Origin: Nostocoides sp.
Lineage (GTDB): Bacteria > Actinomycetota > Actinomycetes > Actinomycetales > Dermatophilaceae
Length of the DNA: 64,000 bases
Assembly: GCA_047974805.1 (NCBI GenBank)
Contig: JBKECS010000066.1
Location: 27,133 to 91,132, forward strand
Direction of reading: 5' to 3'
Part shown: positions 28,482 to 34,337 of the stretch, in pieces
How the letters are laid out: each line of letters begins with the position of its first letter
Numbering within the stretch: position 1 is the stretch's first letter
Notes under the pieces: model-generated
The model's input: the letters and a program-made list of their open reading frames with translations, nothing else
Told to the model about the DNA's origin: nothing
Database searches by the model: none
Made by a program: the position numbers and the translations under genes

Positions 28482-28790
28482 TGGTGGTGCTCCTTGGTGC
28501 GTTTCCTGCGTCGTCGGCTGCTTGTGCTGCACGAGGACGACGGATGCTTCCCCTGTTCGGGTCGGCACACCACCGCGGTACCACCTCGCTTGCCGTATGC
28601 CGTCGGCGTGCCCGCTGGTCGGCGGGGCGCGCAGCAGCATACGACCGCTTCGTATCGACGCTGTCGTGGCCGGAACGTCCGGTTCTAGTGAGGTGAGCAG
28701 ACCAGGAAGGCCTCCTCGCCCGTTCTTCCGAAGGGCTTGCCGCTGATAACGGCTCAAACGCCTGGGCACACTCTATCGGCCCTTCAAAAG
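28482..28790 (-). ncRNA. T-box leader of ileS
   Basis: The minus strand reads ...AGCGAGGTGGTACCGCGGTGGTG... (plus coordinates about 28565-28590), which is the conserved T-box sequence. A short hairpin GCCG-UUAUCAG-CGGC (about 28738-28752) displays AUC-A as a candidate Ile specifier. The 5' boundary is not defined. Confidence 0.7.
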
Positions 28791-28861
28791 GACCACCCAA
28801 TCTGCTCATCCCGGCGGCCGCTCGCCGGCGCTCGTGGTCAGTCCTGCAAGAATCACCGTCC

Positions 28862-29401
28862 ATGAGCGGGCTTGAACTGGGGCAGCAGGAATCGTGGCTC
28901 AGCCGAGAGGACCTCGACGCAGCCAGGGACCGCGTGCCGATGCTCTATGTCCAGGCGGTCCCGGTCCGGGTGGACCACACCGGGATCGTCACGACTATCG
29001 GGCTGCTCATGCGGGCCCGAGAGGACGGCACCGTGGGCCGTGAACTCGTCTCCGGACGAGTGCTCTACCACGAGCGCATCCGTGATGCGCTGCTGCGCAA
29101 CATCGAAAAGGACCTCGGGTCGATGGCGCTACCGTCCGTGCCGGTCTCACCGCAGCCGTTCACCGTAGCTGAGTATTTCCCGACTCCCGGGGTGACGCCG
29201 TATCACGATGTGCGTCAGCATGCCGTGGCCCTGGCGTACGTCGTCCCGGTCAGCGGGGACTGCGCGCCGAGCCAGGACGCCCTGGACTTGGCATGGGTGA
29301 CCCCGCGGGAGGCGAGCGACCCGTCGGTCGATGCGGAGATGTCTGGCGGCCATGGAGTCCTGCTGCGCCAAGCCCTGGCCCACCTCGGCTTCCCCATCTA
29401 G
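28862..29401 (+). CDS. DUF4916 / NUDIX-fold-like protein
   Basis: 179 aa, divergent from ileS. The family call comes from overall resemblance only (VPMLYVQAVPVRVD...GLLMRAREDGTVGRELVSGRVLYHERIRDAL). Confidence 0.5.
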   Translation: MSGLELGQQESWLSREDLDAARDRVPMLYVQAVPVRVDHTGIVTTIGLLMRAREDGTVGRELVSGRVLYHERIRDALLRNIEKDLGSMALPSVPVSPQPFTVAEYFPTPGVTPYHDVRQHAVALAYVVPVSGDCAPSQDALDLAWVTPREASDPSVDAEMSGGHGVLLRQALAHLGFPI

Positions 29402-29419
29402 ACGGTATGAGGTGACTGG

Positions 29420-30202
29420 CTAGTGGGTGCTGTGGTCGCGTCCCAGCCTGCGCAGGTGCGCCGCCGCGAGACCAACAAGGACCCCCAACCAGACGGCGAC
29501 GCTGATGGCATACGGTGTCGGATTGTCATGGCGGGCACCTGGTAGGCCCCGTCCGATGCTCGACCCGCTGAGTAGCCGCCATAGCCCGCCGAGGGGGTGA
29601 AGCACCAGGTACGCGCCATACTCAGGCACGATGAGCAGCGCGGCGAAAGACGCCCCAGCGGCTGTTGCGACCACGATGGCACGAGTTCCCGATTCGGCCG
29701 CCAGGAACAAGCACCACGCCAGCGCAACAGCGACACAGATGACTACGGGTCCCAACGCGGCAACCGTGAACATGTAGGCGGGTGGGATCATGGGTACTGC
29801 GGGATGACTGGTGAGGGCACGAAAGGCCATATCGCCCTGTGCTCCCAAGCCAGCCGAGAGCAGAACGACCAGCCATGATGCACACCCAGCGATAGCCGCG
29901 ACGAGGGCCTGGGCGATGGCGATTGTCCTTGGGTTCTCTCCGTGCTGGAGGCGCTCAGGGAACCGGCCACTGTCCAGGTCAGCACCGAGGAGCATCGCCA
30001 GCGCGGCCAGAGCGACGACAACACCTACCCCCGCACCGAGGAAGCCGCCATTGACGACGCCCCATTGACCTAGCGTTTCGGGGTCACCGTTGAGCCACAC
30101 AGGGGTGAGAACGGCGACCGAAGCCGCCATCAACGCGACGGGCAAGGCAACCCAGACAAGTCCTGGTTGGGCACGGGTACGCCACTCATTCCAGGTCGCC
30201 AT
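29420..30202 (-). CDS. Multi-pass membrane protein (ABC-2 permease-like), last gene of the island
   Basis: About 6 hydrophobic helices. Start chosen at MATWNEW (30202) so that it does not overlap the upstream gene. Confidence 0.55.
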   Translation of the reverse strand: MATWNEWRTRAQPGLVWVALPVALMAASVAVLTPVWLNGDPETLGQWGVVNGGFLGAGVGVVVALAALAMLLGADLDSGRFPERLQHGENPRTIAIAQALVAAIAGCASWLVVLLSAGLGAQGDMAFRALTSHPAVPMIPPAYMFTVAALGPVVICVAVALAWCLFLAAESGTRAIVVATAAGASFAALLIVPEYGAYLVLHPLGGLWRLLSGSSIGRGLPGARHDNPTPYAISVAVWLGVLVGLAAAHLRRLGRDHSTH

Positions 30203-30213
30203 GGCCAGCGTGC

Positions 30214-31404
30214 TCACGGACTGGCGCACGGCTGTTCGGCAATGGAAGCCACGCGCCATGCTCGGTCAGGATGCACCAGGCACGCGTGGAAAGCGTGTCC
30301 ATCGATATCGATAAGCAGGTCAGCGGCACGGATCGTTGGTGAGGAGTGCACGCTCACAATGGCGTTTCGGGTGGCCTGGGCGAAGTTGGCTGGCAGGCTG
30401 ACCATGATGACGCCAGCAGCACCCGTGACCGCGAGCTTGTCGGCGCTCGTCACCCGGCCGGCCGCATAGAACGTCAAGAACTGACGAAGGGTCGCCTCGG
30501 CACCTATGCCGCGCTGCACCTGGACATGGGTGGAATACCGCGCGGGGTACGGCACCGCCTCACCCATCGTCGGTCCGGCGCACATAAGAACCGCGGAGAC
30601 GATCAAGCAGCCTGAGACCCATCGTCTGCGCGTGCGTGTACTGGCGCGGGCCAAGCCCCACCGAGAATGCGCTGCCCCTTCGTAAGGGCGTCTCCCGACA
30701 AGGCGCAGTTCCTCGACCGGTTCCCTCGTGCGCAAGATCACGACACACGCCAGCCATGATCCTGCCACGCTCATCCCCGACAGGAGGCTCACGAAAACAC
30801 CGCTGCCGTTGCCCGGCGGAATCACCGAAACGGCCGAAATGGGCGACAGCGCTAGCACGAGAGTTCGACCGGACAATCGGGGACCAAACCACGCCATCAA
30901 CGGCACCAGGCACACTGTCACGGTCAACGCGACTGCGGCGGATCTCCTCCGGCCCCAGGACAGAACCGTCGCCCACCCGACAGCTGTAGGCACGGCAAGA
31001 TAGGTCAAGGTGATGATGGGCCAGGCCGCCGCGGAAGCGAATCTTTCCTCAGGCTGAGTGTGCAGGCGGGACGCCGCAAGCGCCGTGAGGGTGATGGCGA
31101 GTGTCGCGCCAGTCACGGTAAGCAGGAGGGTCAGGAATATTCGTGACCGGAAGGCACGCGCCGAAGTCCCGGCAAGATGGTTGCCGGTCTCCGCCGCCGC
31201 TTCCGTCGAGGCACCCCACACCGAGGCCACCAACAACACCCCAGCAGTCCCAGAGAACACCGACGCCACAGACGACGCCCCCGACAATGCAAGCTCCAAG
31301 CTTGGGGCACCAATTGCCCAGACAACACCACACGCGATCACCGTGGCGACAACAAGGACCCAAAAAGCGACCTCACGTCGCATCACCGCGACGGCGCCCC
31401 TCAT
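30214..31404 (-). CDS. Multi-pass membrane protein with an extra anchored C-terminal soluble domain
   Basis: About 7 helices, an Arg-rich loop, one more helix, then a ~120-aa non-hydrophobic domain (YPARYSTHVQVQRGIG...HPDRAWRVASIAEQ). The ATG overlaps the ATPase stop (ATGA at 31401-31404). Confidence 0.6.
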   Translation of the reverse strand: MRGAVAVMRREVAFWVLVVATVIACGVVWAIGAPSLELALSGASSVASVFSGTAGVLLVASVWGASTEAAAETGNHLAGTSARAFRSRIFLTLLLTVTGATLAITLTALAASRLHTQPEERFASAAAWPIITLTYLAVPTAVGWATVLSWGRRRSAAVALTVTVCLVPLMAWFGPRLSGRTLVLALSPISAVSVIPPGNGSGVFVSLLSGMSVAGSWLACVVILRTREPVEELRLVGRRPYEGAAHSRWGLARASTRTRRRWVSGCLIVSAVLMCAGPTMGEAVPYPARYSTHVQVQRGIGAEATLRQFLTFYAAGRVTSADKLAVTGAAGVIMVSLPANFAQATRNAIVSVHSSPTIRAADLLIDIDGHAFHACLVHPDRAWRVASIAEQPCASP

Positions 31405-32162
31405 GAAGGACCGGTGATCACAGCGTCGTCGGTTGGGGGATTCCTTCGACTGACGACGGAGAAATAGAGGTCTTCAAGGTTGGTCACGGCCGAAATGTCA
31501 GCCATCAACCCAGCAGCCAACATCTGACCGCGATTCAGTAGGGCGTAGTTGGTGGCTACCTGCTGGACCTCGTGCAAGAGGTGGCTGGAGACAATGATGG
31601 TCCGCCCTTCAGACCTCAGCTCGAGAATTAGCGTGCTCAGCCATCGGATCCCGAGCGGGTCCAGACCGTTCGTCGGTTCGTCCAGAATGATCAGACCCGC
31701 ATCAGCGAGCAGGACACGCGCGATCCCGAGGCGCTGGCGCATGCCCTGGCTGAACTCTCCCACGGGTTTGTTACCGACTTCGTCAAGACCGACCCGTTCC
31801 AACACCTCCTGGCAAACTGTCTTGGCCAGACGCTGAGTAACAAAGACGCTTCGCAGGTTCTCCAGCGCAGTGAGCCGATTGAACAAGCGTGGTTCCTCGA
31901 CCAGGCCGGCGACCCTCGGAGTGGGAGTGTAGGGCCGAACAGCACCACTGGCCCATGCGATGTGGCCCTGGTCGGGGCGCACGCTCGCCAGGATGCATCG
32001 CAGTAGCGTCGTCTTGCCCGAACCATTCGCCCCCACTAGCCCCAGACAAGCACCGCGGGCCACCTCGATGTCCACCGGGCCCAAGGTGAAGGCTGCGCCT
32101 CTGGACTTCACCAGTCCGGTGATCGTCAGGCCTCCGGTGCCGACGGGAGTTCCTGATGCCAC
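31401..32162 (-). CDS. ABC transporter ATP-binding protein
   Basis: Walker A GANGSGKTTLL, signature FSQGMRQR, Walker B LIILDEPTNGLD and H-loop VSSHLL. GTG at 32162 is preceded by GGAGGGGAGGG. Confidence 0.85.
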   Translation of the reverse strand: MASGTPVGTGGLTITGLVKSRGAAFTLGPVDIEVARGACLGLVGANGSGKTTLLRCILASVRPDQGHIAWASGAVRPYTPTPRVAGLVEEPRLFNRLTALENLRSVFVTQRLAKTVCQEVLERVGLDEVGNKPVGEFSQGMRQRLGIARVLLADAGLIILDEPTNGLDPLGIRWLSTLILELRSEGRTIIVSSHLLHEVQQVATNYALLNRGQMLAAGLMADISAVTNLEDLYFSVVSRRNPPTDDAVITGPS

Positions 32163-32701
32163 GTCACCCTCCCCTCCATATCGGCAAGCACGAATCCTCC
32201 CGATGAAAGGAACCGCACCGAGGCGGCCCCCGGGTACGTGTGCAACGTCTTCCCGGTTTGGTCGTAGATTGTCACTGCATGTCCAAACACCACAGTGCTC
32301 TTCGAGACGCGGCACTGCGCATCACCCGTGGCCTCGGCCGGCAGCGGAATCTCACGCTCCTTCACGGTGAAGACGTTCCCGATAACGGCGCGGGACCCGT
32401 CGACGCTGGTGCAAGCCCGCATCCCACGTGTCGGTGTTACCACCCAACCGGTCTTGGTCAGCCGCACCAAGTAGACCAGGCTTTGGGTCGGATCCTCCGT
32501 AAAGGCGACGATCTGGCCGGACTGATCACCGTCGTCCATCGTGATTGATGACTCAGGAATTGGCAGGGCATACCGATGTATGGATCCGTCGGCATGCAAC
32601 GACTCCAGGGTGCCCACGCCCCTGGCGTCTGACACCGTGCGCAGGGATCCCCCCGGATCAACCGACAGGATGATGTTCACACCCCCGTGGGTTGCTCCCA
32701 C
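32126..32701 (-). CDS. Orphan 191-aa protein (no signal peptide, no recognisable domain)
   Basis: ORF with a GTG start, beta-rich-looking sequence and acceptable third-position GC. Directly upstream of the ABC ATPase, with a short overlap. Confidence 0.45.
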   Translation of the reverse strand: MGATHGGVNIILSVDPGGSLRTVSDARGVGTLESLHADGSIHRYALPIPESSITMDDGDQSGQIVAFTEDPTQSLVYLVRLTKTGWVVTPTRGMRACTSVDGSRAVIGNVFTVKEREIPLPAEATGDAQCRVSKSTVVFGHAVTIYDQTGKTLHTYPGAASVRFLSSGGFVLADMEGRVTWHQELPSAPEA

Positions 32702-32901
32702 CGGACAGGCAACCTTCCCGATCCATACAACGCGGGGGCAGGGTCTGCCTCCAACCCGTGAGAATCGCCGGTCAACACTGCCGCGGGACCGTGCCTAACA
32801 CACGATTGTTGGACTCGTCAGCCGCGCGCCGTTTCTTGCCACACGGTAAGACCTGAACGAGTCACGCCCCGGGCCACACTATCGACCATGACGACCGCAC
32901 C

Positions 32902-33084
32902 CTAGCTGTCGGCGCGAAGGATGGTCGGCGCGGCGTCCAGCCAGGTCATGTCCACCGTGACCTCAGGGGGAGCCTCGCTGTCCTGCTGTCCAAACGTCAG
33001 GTAGAGGACGAAGGCTCCGACACAACTGGCAACGAAGGCACCAACGGCTAGCCGCACAATCCTGGGACTATCCGGTCGGGCCAT
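32902..33084 (-). CDS. 60-aa single-pass membrane protein
   Basis: MARPDSPRIVRLAVGAFVASCVGAFVLYLTFGQQ: one hydrophobic helix followed by an acidic tail. The ATG overlaps the end of the upstream peptide ORF. Confidence 0.4.
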   Translation of the reverse strand: MARPDSPRIVRLAVGAFVASCVGAFVLYLTFGQQDSEAPPEVTVDMTWLDAAPTILRADS

Positions 33085-33333
33085 GGCTCAGGTGCCGCCT
33101 CGCCGAGTTCAGTAGAGCCAAGAGATTGCACTCGCGTCGAGAGCTCCCATTGTCATACCAGGTGTTGAACCCCGACGCGGAATACGCACGTCCCGCAGCG
33201 CTCGCGCTGCAGGACTTGACCGTTGTTGAGTTGTACGAGGCAAAAGCGACGCCCGTACTGCCTCCCATCAAGGCAGCAACTGCCACCGTGACCGCAGCTG
33301 CCCCCCCTTTGACAAACGTGGGAAAATGTTCAT
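33068..33333 (-). CDS. Candidate small secreted peptide precursor, frame interrupted at a G7 tract
   Basis: GGGAGGG, then 4 nt, then ATG (33333) opens MNIFPRLSKGG. This frame stops after 22 codons. One extra G in the G7 run (plus-strand C7 at 33301-33307) would continue as AAAVTVAVAALMGGSTGVAFA/SYNSTTVKSCSAS...RREC...HGPTG, the frame of track ORF 33068..33286. That gives a classic Sec signal plus a ~56-aa mature peptide with 2 Cys. Confidence 0.4.
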
Positions 33334-33489
33334 AAATCCCTCCCGATTCTTCACAGTGATGGCCCGCGTCCCGGAGACACCATGCTCGTGGTTGACCCGG
33401 CGATCACCGGTGACGAGGTATGACGTTATCCCGCCGACGGCTGAGGTTCCACCGGAACGGGCCGTATCCACGATTCCGCCTTCCGGCCA

Positions 33490-33524
33490 AACACTGATGA
33501 GATCGTGCGATGGTCATCAGTGTT
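33490..33524. promoter_or_regulatory. 11-bp perfect inverted repeat between plsC and the peptide island (terminator or operator)
   Basis: AACACTGATGA (33490-33500) / TCATCAGTGTT (33514-33524) with a 13-nt spacer. It is AT-rich for this genome and lies 18 nt after the plsC stop. Confidence 0.4.
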
Positions 33525-33541
33525 GCAGGCGAAGGCCGACC

Positions 33542-34249
33542 TCAGACCTCGAAGGGCGGGGCCGGGGCGGTGCCGCCGAGCCGGGCGGGTAGGAAGCGCA
33601 GGTCGTCCCCGGTCAATGGCGGGTAGCGATCCTGTTGTCCGCGCAGTTGGGCGATCATCACCTCACGCAGCCGCGCGGTGGCCTCCTCGGCATTGTCCGG
33701 GCGAGCAACGGTCAACGGCGCTCCCACGGTGACGAAGATCGGCACGTTGGAGCGGCCGAGCCGTTTCGCCTTCACGCCCTTGGTCCACAACCGCTGCGAC
33801 CCCCAGACCGTCGTCGGCAGGATCGGCGCCCCTGCAGCCTGGGCCATCCGGACCGCCCCGGACTTGAAAGCCTTGATCTCCAGCGACTGCGAGATAGTCG
33901 CCTCCGGGAAGACCCCGACGATCTCGCCGTCCTTCAACGCATTCACCGCCGCCCGGAAGGCCCCCATCCCGGCCGCCCGATCCACCGGGATGTGGCGCAT
34001 CGATCGCAACAGCGGACCCGCGACCGGATTGGCGAAGACCTCCTCCTTGGCCATGAATCGCACCATCCGGCCGGCCGGACGCGCCGCCAGGCCCGCATAG
34101 AGGTAATCCAAATAGGAAATGTGGTTGATCGCCATGACCGCCCCGCCGCTGGCCGGCACGTTCGCGCCTCCGCGGATGTCGAACTTCAGCCCTTGTGCGA
34201 GGAACACACTCCTGGCAAGACCGATGACCGGCGCGTAGACCCATTCCAT
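33542..34249 (-). CDS. plsC: 1-acyl-sn-glycerol-3-phosphate acyltransferase
   Basis: NHISYLD (HX4D) and VGVFPEATIS motifs. Start chosen at MEWVYAP (34249). Confidence 0.85.
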   Translation of the reverse strand: MEWVYAPVIGLARSVFLAQGLKFDIRGGANVPASGGAVMAINHISYLDYLYAGLAARPAGRMVRFMAKEEVFANPVAGPLLRSMRHIPVDRAAGMGAFRAAVNALKDGEIVGVFPEATISQSLEIKAFKSGAVRMAQAAGAPILPTTVWGSQRLWTKGVKAKRLGRSNVPIFVTVGAPLTVARPDNAEEATARLREVMIAQLRGQQDRYPPLTGDDLRFLPARLGGTAPAPPFEV

Positions 34250-34337
34250 AGCCCGAGCGTAGGCCACACCGGCCAGGCCGTGCTCGGGTCGCGAACCGGA
34301 TTGGGGACGGCGTGAGGCTTCTGGGAAACTGGCGGAC

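Noticed and set aside
33268-33471. 67-aa ORF as a genuine protein starting at 33471.
   Set aside because: The upstream part has no ribosome-binding site and an unconvincing sequence. The internal ATG at 33333 has a strong GGGAGGG site, and the ORF makes more sense as the 5' part of the frame-broken peptide precursor.
29402-33541. The island as a classical mobile element (IS, integrative element or prophage remnant).
   Set aside because: I saw no transposase, integrase or recombinase ORF, no flanking tRNA, and no terminal inverted or direct repeats at the borders. Only the lower GC content suggests foreign origin.
34250-34337. T-box or other leader upstream of valS.
   Set aside because: Only 88 nt separate the divergent plsC and valS starts. 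That is too short for a T-box, and no GGUGGUACCGCG-like core is present.
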